A stretch of 64,000 nt of DNA from a virus (taxonomy: Duplodnaviria; Caudoviricetes). Position 1 is the stretch's first letter. Every line of letters starts with the position of its first letter. Position numbers and translations under genes: made by a program. Below are positions 53,154 through 63,856 of the stretch, one piece after another. Where the stretch lies: the IMG/VR virus record IMGVR_UViG_3300031908_000001, positions 32,001 through 96,000 of that record; one strand, written 5' to 3'. The notes below the pieces were generated by a model. The model saw nothing but the letters and a program-made list of their open reading frames with translations. It had not been told where the DNA came from and did not search any database.

Positions 53154-53611
53154 AAATTATTACTATTTTCTCTTAATCTCTTTGTAAGCTCCTCCTTGGT
53201 TATTTTTTCTTTTTGAACCTGGGAATCTTGAATATTAATTAACTTAATCTGACGTGTGTAAGTTACTAATGTGTATGGGAGCATGAATGAAAATCCGAGT
53301 GCCGGAAGAATTGACCATCCCGTTAAGCTACTTACAATTAAGTAATAATATATACTCACTCCAAATTCAAATATTCCAAATACAAATGACTCAATAATTA
53401 ACTTACGAATCACGCAAAATAGAAGAGCAAAACATAATAGCATTGAAATAAATGCTGCTTGCGCCTCCTTATATGGGCTCTCAATGCTTGAAAAAGAAAA
53501 GAAAACAAAATACAAATTTGGTGCATTTGCTACAATTGTAGCCATTGCCAGCCAAAGCGAAAAATGATTTGACTGTTGAATTGGTGATATTAAATCTATT
53601 TTCTTTTTCAT
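53150..53611 (-). CDS. multi-pass membrane protein
   Basis: About 4 TM segments; likely start ATG 53611, just downstream of the -7 element at 53618-53625. Confidence 0.6.
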   Translation of the reverse strand: MKKKIDLISPIQQSNHFSLWLAMATIVANAPNLYFVFFSFSSIESPYKEAQAAFISMLLCFALLFCVIRKLIIESFVFGIFEFGVSIYYYLIVSSLTGWSILPALGFSFMLPYTLVTYTRQIKLINIQDSQVQKEKITKEELTKRLRENSNNL

Positions 53612-53664
53612 CCTATACAAATATAATCAAAACTTTGATAATTAGAAATTTTTAAGTTACTTAA

Positions 53665-55257
53665 TTAAATCTTATCTCTCCACTCAATTATTTCTTCTAT
53701 TTCCTCCATAGTTGGATCAATATCTTGTGCATCCATTGCTAGACTTGCAATATCCTCATGCTCCTCATCATCAGAGGACTCTTTCTTATTCTTCTCATCT
53801 GTCCAGTCATTCACATATATTAGAGATTTTTTTGCCCTGGAATATGCTACAAATAATAAATTTCTCTCTTGAGTCATGCTCCATTCTTGAGTAGCATATT
53901 TGCTTGGAATTAGATCTCTTCTGATTAAGAAAATCCTATCTGCCTCAAGCCCCTTGGCCTTATGGATAGTTGACAACATAATACCCAGGCCATCATCTTT
54001 AAATATTTTGTCCAGCTGCTCATATGCCTTGGCTGGAGAGCCGGTGTTATTTATAATTATCGTAAGAATTTCTACTTTTTCTTTAAATCCACGATAATTT
54101 GGATGAAGCTTTGGCTTATCAATCCCCTTCTCTCTTAATTTTTCCTCCATGTATTTCAAATGCTCATCAAGCGCTTCAAACACTTCTATCCTATCCTTTG
54201 TCTTTATACTTTCCAGCATTTTCAAAAGCCCAGATCCATAATCTTTACCCTTAATGTAGCTTTTAATGCCTTTAGATAATAGATCAAAGTATAGCGAAAG
54301 CAGCGGCTTATTATTCCGACACAATACAAAATCTCCTGGCTTTATTTCCTTAATGCTTCCATATCTCTCCTCTCCTTCTGGGGAATTCTCCCACGCTTGT
54401 ATTTCCTCATTTATCTCCTGACATTTCTTTACAATGCTTTTTGCACACCGGTAAGAAATTGACAAAGGCAATTCTACTGTATTAGGCTGGGATAAGAAGT
54501 TATTAAATGAATTAACATCTGCCCCCAAGAAAGAATAAATACTTTGATACGTATCACCAACCACAATAAATCTTCCCTTCTCCTTTACAAGCCCAAGAAT
54601 TAATTTTTGCTGAAGTAAGGAATTATCCTGGCACTCATCCACCATTACTACGTCATATTCTCTCTTAATTAAATTGAGCTTATATGGTAGTTCCAGCATA
54701 TCTGTAAAGTCTACAAGAAATACTGAGTGAGTGTATGGATTTGCATTATATTTGTCCAACTCTGCAAGCACTTCAAGAGCATGTGTTGCTTGCTTATCAA
54801 ACGCCTCTATATCAAATCTATTTGCCACCTCTTTCACTGCATCCAAATCTCTGTCTGCCATCAAAAGCCGGCACATATTAACCAGATTATAAATATTAAA
54901 CTGATAATAGTTTCTTTTATCTGGCGCTATCTTCCATTTGTCAAGATTTTTTGAAATATGATTTAATGTCTTCCACTGATTTACCTTTATCCGGTGTCCA
55001 TAGCTCTTGGTTAAGATCTTTAATCCAAGACTATGAAGTGTAGAACACTCTATGTTTATAGGCAATTTATTTTTCAGCTCATCAGATATACTCTTATTGA
55101 ATGCCAAAAAAAGAGACCTCTTGTATTTTGGAATAATTTTAGAGCATTGAACAAGTACAGTTGATTTTGATGAGCCGGCGGTGGCCTTTATTACAATATT
55201 TCTATTTGTAGTTTTTGTTTCATTAAAGACAGCTAATTGCAATTTACTCCACTCCAT
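53665..55257 (-). CDS. UvrD/Rep-like SF1 DNA helicase
   Basis: ATAGSSKST, LAFNK, STLHS, VDECQD, VGDTYQSIY, SYRC, STIHKAKGLE, VAYSRAK. Confidence 0.93.
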   Translation of the reverse strand: MEWSKLQLAVFNETKTTNRNIVIKATAGSSKSTVLVQCSKIIPKYKRSLFLAFNKSISDELKNKLPINIECSTLHSLGLKILTKSYGHRIKVNQWKTLNHISKNLDKWKIAPDKRNYYQFNIYNLVNMCRLLMADRDLDAVKEVANRFDIEAFDKQATHALEVLAELDKYNANPYTHSVFLVDFTDMLELPYKLNLIKREYDVVMVDECQDNSLLQQKLILGLVKEKGRFIVVGDTYQSIYSFLGADVNSFNNFLSQPNTVELPLSISYRCAKSIVKKCQEINEEIQAWENSPEGEERYGSIKEIKPGDFVLCRNNKPLLSLYFDLLSKGIKSYIKGKDYGSGLLKMLESIKTKDRIEVFEALDEHLKYMEEKLREKGIDKPKLHPNYRGFKEKVEILTIIINNTGSPAKAYEQLDKIFKDDGLGIMLSTIHKAKGLEADRIFLIRRDLIPSKYATQEWSMTQERNLLFVAYSRAKKSLIYVNDWTDEKNKKESSDDEEHEDIASLAMDAQDIDPTMEEIEEIIEWRDKI

Positions 55258-55368
55258 CTATATGCTTGTTTAGTAATCTAATAATATCTTCAACCATCAA
55301 TGTTTTATCTCCCCTAAGAGATTTTAATTCCTCTCTAAATTTTTTTAGAGAGGAAGTTTTTCTGCGTT

Positions 55369-55647
55369 TCATAACCAATCAAGTGTTGTTGGCACATCGC
55401 CTTCTGGTATAACTGTTTCATCAATTGAAATTTCTGCCAACCTTCTTTTAGCATCTCTAATATAGAGAATTTTATCTGGATTGTCGTATATCCAGTCTAC
55501 CAATGCTGTTGAGCATGATGATCCCGATACAATGCTCATTAGCCTATCTAAAACTCGCAGATTTGCTTCAATTGCCTCTTTCTCTGTCTCCCATATGTCT
55601 CCCTCATCATCTCTGTACATTGGTTGTGATACTTTTTCTACGCGCAT
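55369..55647 (-). CDS. hypothetical protein
   Basis: 92 aa, YRDDEGDIWETEKEA. Confidence 0.55.
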   Translation of the reverse strand: MRVEKVSQPMYRDDEGDIWETEKEAIEANLRVLDRLMSIVSGSSCSTALVDWIYDNPDKILYIRDAKRRLAEISIDETVIPEGDVPTTLDWL

Positions 55648-55657
55648 ATTAAGTAAT

Positions 55658-56173
55658 TTAAGATTGTAAATATATTCTTTCTGGTGTTATGTATTTGTAA
55701 TCCTTTCTTATGATCTTGCCCTCCTTATTAGTAACCATTTTAAACTGATGGAGGGGCTTAAGAAAATCTACTTTATTTTTCCATCTTTTATTCATTGTAT
55801 CCTTTACAATGAATTTGCCTGAGAATCTCCACTTATTGCATACGATTGTTATTGTATCTCCGGCCTTATATGGAGCTCCTGGAGTAAATTCTTGCAATAG
55901 GTCCCTGGACAGAGCAACCCATCTTAATTCTCCGCTATTTAGCTTTGCAGGACTAATTATTGATTGATCAAAAGTTTCATATGGTCTTGAATCTGTTTCA
56001 TTGGCAGATGCCGTATAAACAGATCCTTGAGCCTCTTTTAAATTGAAACATTTTTCTTTTATTCTTACCGGCTCTGCATCCACCCTTCTTTCAATGCACT
56101 CATTGTCATTCGGTCTTGCTATTGATATTACTGAAATTAATAATACAATAATTGTTGTTACGATCTTTTTCAT
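55658..56173 (-). CDS. secreted 3D/double-psi beta-barrel (lytic transglycosylase-like) protein
   Basis: Signal peptide; VYTA...ETD, WVALSRDL, VKDTMNKRW...VDFL. Confidence 0.7.
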   Translation of the reverse strand: MKKIVTTIIVLLISVISIARPNDNECIERRVDAEPVRIKEKCFNLKEAQGSVYTASANETDSRPYETFDQSIISPAKLNSGELRWVALSRDLLQEFTPGAPYKAGDTITIVCNKWRFSGKFIVKDTMNKRWKNKVDFLKPLHQFKMVTNKEGKIIRKDYKYITPERIYLQS

Positions 56174-56242
56174 TTTGATAAAATTTAAGTTTAAGTTGAT
56201 TAACTCGCCTCTTTCCTACTTTTATCATAGCTGCTGTACTTT

Positions 56243-57100
56243 TTATTTTACAAACTTTTTAGTTATTAATTTTCCATTTACAATCTCTCTGCTTATTACT
56301 ATTTGTCCAGGCAATTGATCCTGGGCCGATTCATCACCATTAATATCATAAAATCTAATAGATGAATTAATAGCTCCCGAACTTACTATTATGTTTGAAT
56401 ACCATGTAGCACCATTAAAGTCTACTTGCTTTAGTCTAAAATATTTAATTAAGTTACTTAACGACACATCGTGATCATACTTGTATTCAGAATTTGTATT
56501 TGTTCCATATACTCTGAATATTTCTCTAAATAGTAATCCATCTAAACTTTCCTCCAAAACTATATAATCATTATTGAATTCATTATAAGTTATCCACTCA
56601 ATAATATTTCCTTTGATCTGGAATGATTTTAAGACCACTGGAAGAACTTTATTTATGTAGGCATACAAATTATAGTCACAATTAATTAAATCGCTCTCAC
56701 TCCCGTATGTGCCTATAATGGCATTGTTTTTATATGTCGGAGAATAAATAAATCCTCTGCATGGACCCGAAGAAAATGACACGTTATTTTTAACTTTCAA
56801 ATTTCCAGTTATAACTGCCTTTCCTTTGTTAACAATATGCACATCATTTTTGCCCTCAATGCTTCCGTTTATAATTAAAATTCCCTTAATGCCTATGGTT
56901 ATGTTGGCAGTATTTTTAAATTCAACATCCCCTCTAATAACAAGGGTGTCATTAATTACAATATTCACATTTTTTGTAAAAGCAAGATTTCCTTCCTGCA
57001 GCGTGAATGAATTTATGGTTATATTTGATTGGTTCCAGTCTACAGCTTTTGCAGATATGCTTACAAATACGGCCAATAACAAAATTAATATATTCTTCAT
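56243..57100 (-). CDS. secreted beta-solenoid protein with T9SS-cargo-like C-terminus
   Basis: Sec signal (SAKA); LPVVLKSF...IEWIT..EFNND...EESLDG...YFRLKQVDFNG..YS; ends FYDING...TKKFVK. Confidence 0.75.
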   Translation of the reverse strand: MKNILILLLAVFVSISAKAVDWNQSNITINSFTLQEGNLAFTKNVNIVINDTLVIRGDVEFKNTANITIGIKGILIINGSIEGKNDVHIVNKGKAVITGNLKVKNNVSFSSGPCRGFIYSPTYKNNAIIGTYGSESDLINCDYNLYAYINKVLPVVLKSFQIKGNIIEWITYNEFNNDYIVLEESLDGLLFREIFRVYGTNTNSEYKYDHDVSLSNLIKYFRLKQVDFNGATWYSNIIVSSGAINSSIRFYDINGDESAQDQLPGQIVISREIVNGKLITKKFVK

Positions 57101-57826
57101 ATTTTTATTTACTTAATAAAGTTAAGAATTAATTTTTATAATAAAAGTTTTTATTATACTTTTTCCTTACACCATTTTTTGAATGCTTGGACTATTGGAT
57201 TATTATCATCGGCCTTCACGCCTTCAATAAATATATCTCCGGTGCTGGAGAGTTCCAGGAGTGGATTGCCGTCCGCACCCTTGAACATATAAGAATATGA
57301 CTCAAGATATTGCTTTACTCCTATTGTTGGTTTATTTGCCATTATCGATTTGAAAATTTAAATACAAATGTCCAGAATAATACATTTCCAATTTGCAACA
57401 AACAAAATGGTACTGCATCTTCTATGGTAGCGCCTGGGAAATAATTTCCTATCATGGATGCTGCGATTAGGTCCAGCATCAAACACGATATAAATGTAAA
57501 AATAGCTCTTAGCATAATTTTAGGTTTTAAGTTAATTAAAATATTTCTTCTAATGTTGCCTTGAACTTTAGTTCCCTGGCAAATTTTGCTGCCATTCTTG
57601 AGTGATGGTTTATTTCTTCCTGGTAAGATTTTTTGATTTCTCTTGCCATTCCCCCGACTATAATTTGAATTTGATCTTTAGATAAATTCTTAATCTTTGA
57701 TAGCCTTTCTACACATTCATTAATTAATTGTTCTTCGCTTTTCATATATTTAGGTTTTATTAAAATTAAGTTATTTAATATGATAATCCTAATGTTTGTT
57801 AAGTTATTTAATAAAAACTTTTATAA

Positions 57827-59434
57827 TCAACTTAACATTTTAATTATTAATTCATTTAAAATAGATTGATCCTCAATGAATTCCTTTCCAGAATTTACCG
57901 CATCTGTCACATTTGTTTTTAAAGCTAATAATATAAACATATCCTCATCTATAGTATTGCTAGCAAGCATAAATGTTGCAGTTACACTATTTTTCTGACC
58001 CATTCTATGACATCTTGCTATACATTGAGCCAATGTTGCTGGTGACCAGTCTTGCTCTATAAATAATTCATTTGATGCTGCGGTTAGAGTTATTCCAGCG
58101 TTGCCGGCCTGAATGCCTATGATAATCATCTTGACCCTTGGATCTTCTTGAAATTTGGCAACTACTTGTGCCCTTATTTTTGCATCCACAGTTCCATCTA
58201 TCTTATCGCACTTAAAATGTGCAGATAATTCTGAGATAACCTGTTTTGAGCTGGCAAATACTACCAGCTTCTCTCCAGACTCAAGAAAATTTTCAATCCA
58301 TTCCTTTGCTGCATTTATTTTACCTATTGCAGCAATTCTCCTTAAATTCGATATTCTGACTAGGTTTTCTGCCATTTGAGCACTATTTGCGGCTCTGGCT
58401 CCGGCATTCTGTCTTAAATATTTTATCAGATCTTTCTTTGCTGCATTATATTCGGATCTGTTTGTTATATCTACCTCTATATTGCAGATTTGCTTATCTG
58501 GAAGCTCTTTTAACACATCCTCTTTTAATCGACGAATAAAGCAGGTTTCTTTTAATCTATTGTGCAACTCCTGGACATTTGAAGCTCCCTTAATATCTAG
58601 GCCAAAACCTTTGTCTACAGCTCCACAATATCTTCTTACAAAGTAATAAAATCCTCCCATGTCATTTAACCTGTCCATTATATCAAGCTGAGATATTAAT
58701 TCTGATGGCCTATTTACTATCGGTGTACCGGATAGTAAGAATCTATATTCCATCTTACGCTTTTTTATAATCTCCTTTATTGTCTTTACTCGCTGTGTCT
58801 TGCTTCCCTTTAACATATGGCTCTCATCACATACAAGCACTTGCCAGTTTCGCTTTATTAAATCTGTCTTTAGTTTCTTAACCTGATCATAATTTATAAT
58901 AACTATGTCTGCCTCACTTCCGCCCTCCGGCATTACTGATATAGTTGGCCCCTCTATGGTTGCCATTATTTCATTCTTCCAATTATACTTTACTGATGCT
59001 GGACAAAGGATGAGTACAGGAAATTTTTGAAGGTGATGTATCGTTGCTATTGTTTGAATAGTTTTTCCTAACCCCATATCATCGCTATTGAAGCAACGCT
59101 TAGTATTTATCATGTAAGCACACCCCTCTTTCTGAAAGTCTCTTAAAGTTCGTTTTAGGCCGGTAATTTCAATGGCCGATTCTTGTTCATCTATTTCCTC
59201 CTCACTAAATAGCAATTCCCGAAACTCTTCGGGCATCTCTGTAATTATATTGCGGTACTTATTGATAAAGAAAATAAACCTATCTGCCACCCTATCGTGC
59301 AATTCAATATACCAGGAAGATGATGGAGAATCATATTTTCTATGTCTCCAATCAATCTTCTTGATATCAGCTACAATTTGCTTATCAAAACGAAATTTTA
59401 TTACAGCGTTATTGTCCTGTAGACTTATTTCCAT
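57827..59434 (-). CDS. SNF2-family helicase with HARP-like N-terminus (SMARCAL1-like)
   Basis: LRDFQ, DDMGLGKT, DESH, LSGTP, RRLK, GITLT, QCIARCHRMGQ; N-terminal RKYDSPSSSWYI. Confidence 0.93.
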   Translation of the reverse strand: MEISLQDNNAVIKFRFDKQIVADIKKIDWRHRKYDSPSSSWYIELHDRVADRFIFFINKYRNIITEMPEEFRELLFSEEEIDEQESAIEITGLKRTLRDFQKEGCAYMINTKRCFNSDDMGLGKTIQTIATIHHLQKFPVLILCPASVKYNWKNEIMATIEGPTISVMPEGGSEADIVIINYDQVKKLKTDLIKRNWQVLVCDESHMLKGSKTQRVKTIKEIIKKRKMEYRFLLSGTPIVNRPSELISQLDIMDRLNDMGGFYYFVRRYCGAVDKGFGLDIKGASNVQELHNRLKETCFIRRLKEDVLKELPDKQICNIEVDITNRSEYNAAKKDLIKYLRQNAGARAANSAQMAENLVRISNLRRIAAIGKINAAKEWIENFLESGEKLVVFASSKQVISELSAHFKCDKIDGTVDAKIRAQVVAKFQEDPRVKMIIIGIQAGNAGITLTAASNELFIEQDWSPATLAQCIARCHRMGQKNSVTATFMLASNTIDEDMFILLALKTNVTDAVNSGKEFIEDQSILNELIIKMLS

Positions 59435-60080
59435 TGTTTTTTCTTCTGTAATAACATTCCAAACTTTGTTTACTGCATCTTTTACTATTTTCCGTATAAT
59501 ATGCCCTTTTATAAAGTTTTCGCTTCATTTTCATCAAATCATCATTGTTGATTAAATCTGATAATTCTTCCTGGAAGACCTTGTTGTCAAACTCTTTCTT
59601 AGTATTTAATTGCTCAAGCCTTTTTTTTGCATAAACGGCTCTACGTGCCATATACTTTTTCTTTTCCTTAGCCTTTTCTTTCTTCAGCTTGGCATCAGCA
59701 ATAACTTTTTCAAGCCTCTCCTCAAGCTTGGCTTCCATATCTTTAGGCTTGGCCATCTTTTACAGGTATAATATCATTAAAACCTTCTTTCTTAAGCTTT
59801 TTTATTGCATTTACAACATTTAAAGACTGGAAGTATTTGCAATTATCATTCACAATTACTGTTGAACGAAATACTATTTCCTCAGCATTCTTTGAAAGAT
59901 AATCTAATTCCACTCTTTGTTTCTGAAACCTTGCTTTAGTCAGAGTTCTTGTAACTGTATTGAACTCATACAAAGTATGCCCCTTAATTTTTCTTTGGCG
60001 GCCAAGCAATTTGATCTCTTTTTTCTTTTCCTGGTCTGCTACTAATACGACCTCATCTTTAACTTGTTTTTCTAACTCTT

Positions 60081-60707
60081 TCATATTTCTATAATTATCG
60101 GTTTATTTATCGGACTATATCTTTGTGTGCAAATGGATGCATTAACAAATGTTATATCATTAATTTTTTCTACCCCATACCCCTCATGAATGTGACCAAA
60201 TATATGAAGCTTAAGATTTTTTAATTTATTTATTCGGTTCATTAAATCCTTACATCCGGCCCACTCATAACTTGAAGTCATATCCAGTATGCCGGCCGGT
60301 GGGCCGTGGGTAATTAAAATATCCACATCATCTGGAATAAGGGCCCAATGCTTTGCAATCTCCTCTCCTCTATCTACATTAAAGGCCCAATTAAAAAATC
60401 TTGGTGTATAGGGACTTCCATATATTTTTAATCCATCAATAACTACACAGGAATTTTGCAAATAAATTGCATTTTTAATTAACTCTTTTGCATTTTCCAA
60501 TTCCTCAAATGCAAAATCATGATTCCCTGCTATTATAATTATTTCTTTATAATGTGGCTTAACTAAGCCAAGCCATTCATCAAAATATTTAATCTGATGA
60601 ACTAAACCAACCTTGCTCATATCTCCTGCAAAAATTAATATATCTCCTTCAGGAAGGAGAACTTTATTGTGAAATCCATGTGTATCACTTATACAGACTA
60701 TTTTCAT
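60081..60707 (-). CDS. metallophosphoesterase (calcineurin-like, MPPED type)
   Basis: SDTH, AGD, AGNHD, THGPP, FGHIHE. Confidence 0.93.
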   Translation of the reverse strand: MKIVCISDTHGFHNKVLLPEGDILIFAGDMSKVGLVHQIKYFDEWLGLVKPHYKEIIIIAGNHDFAFEELENAKELIKNAIYLQNSCVVIDGLKIYGSPYTPRFFNWAFNVDRGEEIAKHWALIPDDVDILITHGPPAGILDMTSSYEWAGCKDLMNRINKLKNLKLHIFGHIHEGYGVEKINDITFVNASICTQRYSPINKPIIIEI

Positions 60708-61143
60708 ATTTCTATTTTGTCTAATTCGTTATCGTAAAATGTGTACACTCCCATATTTATTATCAAATCATTTGCAACCTCAACATGAATCTTGCCTTTA
60801 TATTCAGAGATCTTTTGTATTTTAAATACTTGAGCTCCAAGACTATCATATAAATAAGTCATATCCGATCCCAACATAAATGGACTATTCATTGTTACCT
60901 CATCTCCAATGGAGAGATTAAAATTGCCAGTCATTTTCTTAAGTTGTTTTGTTATCATTCAAAATTAACATTTTTATTTGAATTATAAAAACTTTTATTA
61001 TACTTTATTTTTCTCTTCTCCATTTCTCCAGTATATCTTTTTTCAAAATGTTGTGCCCGTAAGGGCTTTTATATTGTATCAATTTGTAAAATGGTTTTTC
61101 ATTTTAAACTAAATTTCATCCAATAGGATAGAAAGTTTAGTGT

Positions 61144-61923
61144 CTATTGATACATATTCGGGAAGAAAAAAGAATTGCACTGGTATTCCATTACCCGACC
61201 TTTAAACCAAAACTGTTTCCCATTGCCAGAAAAGTTTCTTTTCTTAACTCCTGTAGCAACAGTAACAGATTTATTTCTGATCACATTTAATAAACCAACG
61301 CTCTCCATTTTTATTATTCTTCTTCTTGCCGCCTGACGTGTTTTAAACCCCCATAGTTCAGCCAAATATTGATGAGATAGTTGTGTTTCAAATAGAGATT
61401 GGACAATATAGGATGGCCCCTTTCTGCGTCTTTCTATTTTATTGGCCTTATGATTCATACGACCGGAAACTATTTCTGCATCAATTCTGGAAATAACCAG
61501 TGGAAGATTTTTACAGATCTCCTGGCTTGCTTTTATTTTTACTACTTTAACAAATTTTTTATCTCTTGTAACGCCCTTGGTTCTGACACGTTTTTTGGTC
61601 TGGTATCCAAATCTTTTTAAGATCTTGTCATAACTAACCAGGGCGTGGCCATAGTTTTTTAACTCTATTATGAAACCATACTTGATAAGGTCTTTAGCGT
61701 ACCTGGAATTGATTGCGTTTGATTTGCCATTTATAGAGCATGCTTGCATCAATTCCCCCCTTCTTATCAGCCCCTCAGTATTCCAACTTTTTAGTGTTAA
61801 ATATAAAGCATATTGATTATTGAATTTCTTGTAGACCGGATCTCCGAATTTATTTTCTCTCATCTCAAATGATGAATTGAGAATTTCTATAAGTCCCTCG
61901 AAGTGTTTTATATGTTTGGTCAA
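61144..61923 (-). CDS. basic double winged-helix DNA-binding protein (replication/regulatory candidate)
   Basis: LSHQYLAELWGFKTRQAARRRIIKMESVGLL wHTH; TTG start; upstream hairpin gccgc...gcggc. Confidence 0.5.
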   Translation of the reverse strand: MTKHIKHFEGLIEILNSSFEMRENKFGDPVYKKFNNQYALYLTLKSWNTEGLIRRGELMQACSINGKSNAINSRYAKDLIKYGFIIELKNYGHALVSYDKILKRFGYQTKKRVRTKGVTRDKKFVKVVKIKASQEICKNLPLVISRIDAEIVSGRMNHKANKIERRRKGPSYIVQSLFETQLSHQYLAELWGFKTRQAARRRIIKMESVGLLNVIRNKSVTVATGVKKRNFSGNGKQFWFKGRVMEYQCNSFFFPNMYQ

Positions 61924-62085
61924 GTTGAAAAATAAAAAAAGCCGCTATCTGTGGAAGAGTCAAGCGGCTAATTTAAAACAAAACAAACACAAAGATTGAT
62001 TATCATTAACTTCCACAATAAAAATAACCAATAATTAAAATTAAGCAATTTTAATTTATAAACAAAAATTAAGTCACTAAATTTT

Positions 62086-62598
62086 TTAACTTTTTTTATT
62101 TAATTCACTAAATAAGTTGCGATCATCCTCAGTTATTACATCATGATTAGCGCCCTGATTCGCTAATCTATCGCATCTCTCATTCTCTTCCAATCCTGCG
62201 TGTCCTTTCACCCATTTAAACTTCAGATATCCTTTTGGAAATTGTTTGTATAATTCATACATCTTTCTCCATAGGTCTGAATTTTTACAATGCTGGAAAT
62301 TGTCTTGCTGCCAGGAAAATAACCAACCCTTGTTTATCGCATTAACAACATATTCTGAGTCTGAGTGGAGAAGTGCCCTGTATGTTGGCTTAATCATTTC
62401 TATTGCCTTGATAGCCCCTAGAATTTCCATTCTGGCTGATGTGGTATTATCAAACCTGCCGCCAAAGTATTCTCTTACTTCTCCTTTCCACTTAAGTACT
62501 ATTCCATATCCTCCTTTCTGATGAGTCTTATTATTACACGACCCATCAGAGTATAACATTACTATGTCTTGATCCATTCCCTTTGTTTGTTGCTCCAT
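62086..62598 (-). CDS. rnhA: ribonuclease HI
   Basis: YSDGS, TTSARMEI, SDSEY, KNSDLW, WVKGHAG..ENERCD. Confidence 0.95.
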   Translation of the reverse strand: MEQQTKGMDQDIVMLYSDGSCNNKTHQKGGYGIVLKWKGEVREYFGGRFDNTTSARMEILGAIKAIEMIKPTYRALLHSDSEYVVNAINKGWLFSWQQDNFQHCKNSDLWRKMYELYKQFPKGYLKFKWVKGHAGLEENERCDRLANQGANHDVITEDDRNLFSELNKKS

Positions 62599-63856
62599 GT
62601 TTTACAATACAATTCAATCATTGTCAACTGTAACCAGAATTGCTCAAATGATTTAGATATGAACAAAGCATGCTCTATAGTATAAGTTTCATCATTATGA
62701 TATTTTATATCAATCATGATTCTATCTTTTAATGATTTGCTATATGGGCCTACTTTTTTAATGTACATTTCTTGCAACTGATCTTGTCTAGGGAGCCATA
62801 CCGTTACTCCTCCTTTTTCAAAGGTATCTTCCTCAGAAAAAAATGATTGCTCATCTCTTTTAATATCTAATTCTTGAATCTCTGTAGCCTTGCTACACAT
62901 TTCTATATATTTTGCCGAAGTGTCCATTTTGTTTTAGTTATAATAATTAGAATTTAAAATTTTCTTCATCCTCATCTTCCTCCTCTGCATTTAGAGCATC
63001 GGTTATTTGCTCATTGATGCTGCATAATCTTACTATCTCCTCCCAATCTTTCTTGTCCACTATGACATGATCATCTGGTACATTTAGACGGCTCTCCATT
63101 CCAGGATGCCTGTTAAGGAAATTTACGCCTATAATTTTTTTACTTTGCTTGCTCATTTATAATTTTTTGTAATTCGCCTATATGATCTAAAAGATTCTCA
63201 ATTATTCGATATTGATCTGCTCCCCTTAAAAGGGTTTCATAAGTAGTCTTATAAAGGGGATTATAATAAAGCTCTTTATGAAACTTTTTTGAAAATTTTT
63301 CCAGCAATAATTGCTTTTTTATCTGAAATAATCTCTCTTCAGACATTTTTGACTCTTGATATTTTTCTGAAGCTTCTCCCATTACCATCTTGATTTTAAC
63401 AGTTTAGTTGCAAATGGTCTTATATCCTTTCTGAAGATTACGATGTTGGCCTTTTGATAAATATCTCTTCCTCGCGTTGTCAAATCTTTTGCTGTAATAT
63501 CTTCAATGTTTTTCTTTCTTGCGGAAAGATTTAAAAACATCTCATTGATATATACCACCTCAGTATTGGCTACCATTAATCCATCTTCTTTCTGAATAAT
63601 AAAAGACCCTGCCCCCATATACTCTTTTAATACTTCACTTGTTTCCATTGTTTTCTTTATTTTTAGTTTGATGTTCTGCATATTTTATCATTGTATTTTT
63701 TAATAACTCTGTACTATGCATTAGTGCTTCGGTTGCAGCTATTTCCGCATCTTTCTTTTTGCTTTCCCATCTATTCATTATTATAAACATTATGAGAGCT
63801 CCAAATGCAGCTCCTACTATAAATACCGATATTATTGCAATTATTAAGCTTTCCAT
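62562..63856 (-). other. run of small hypothetical genes
   Basis: 62562-62927, 62947-63156, 63140-63388, 63382-63681, 63635-63856 (TM). Confidence 0.55.

Larger units (their letters stand above)
6529..56461. repeat. dispersed 13-bp palindrome TTAAG-TTA-CTTAA
   Basis: Exact copies at 6529, 21633 (reverse), 27542, 31604, 31992, 39907, 53652, 56449; 1-mismatch copies at 12644, 19097, 19899, 25641, 35105, 55649, 57766, 57799. Confidence 0.8.

Noticed and set aside
55328-55355. Perfect hairpin TTCCTCTCTAAA-TTTT-TTTAGAGAGGAA as terminator
   Set aside because: Lies within a probable 42-aa ORF with no T tract on the coding strand; function unsupported.
983-62521. Plus-strand ORFs in the six-frame track
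   Set aside because: All are antisense shadows of well-formed minus-strand genes, with no recognisable motifs.
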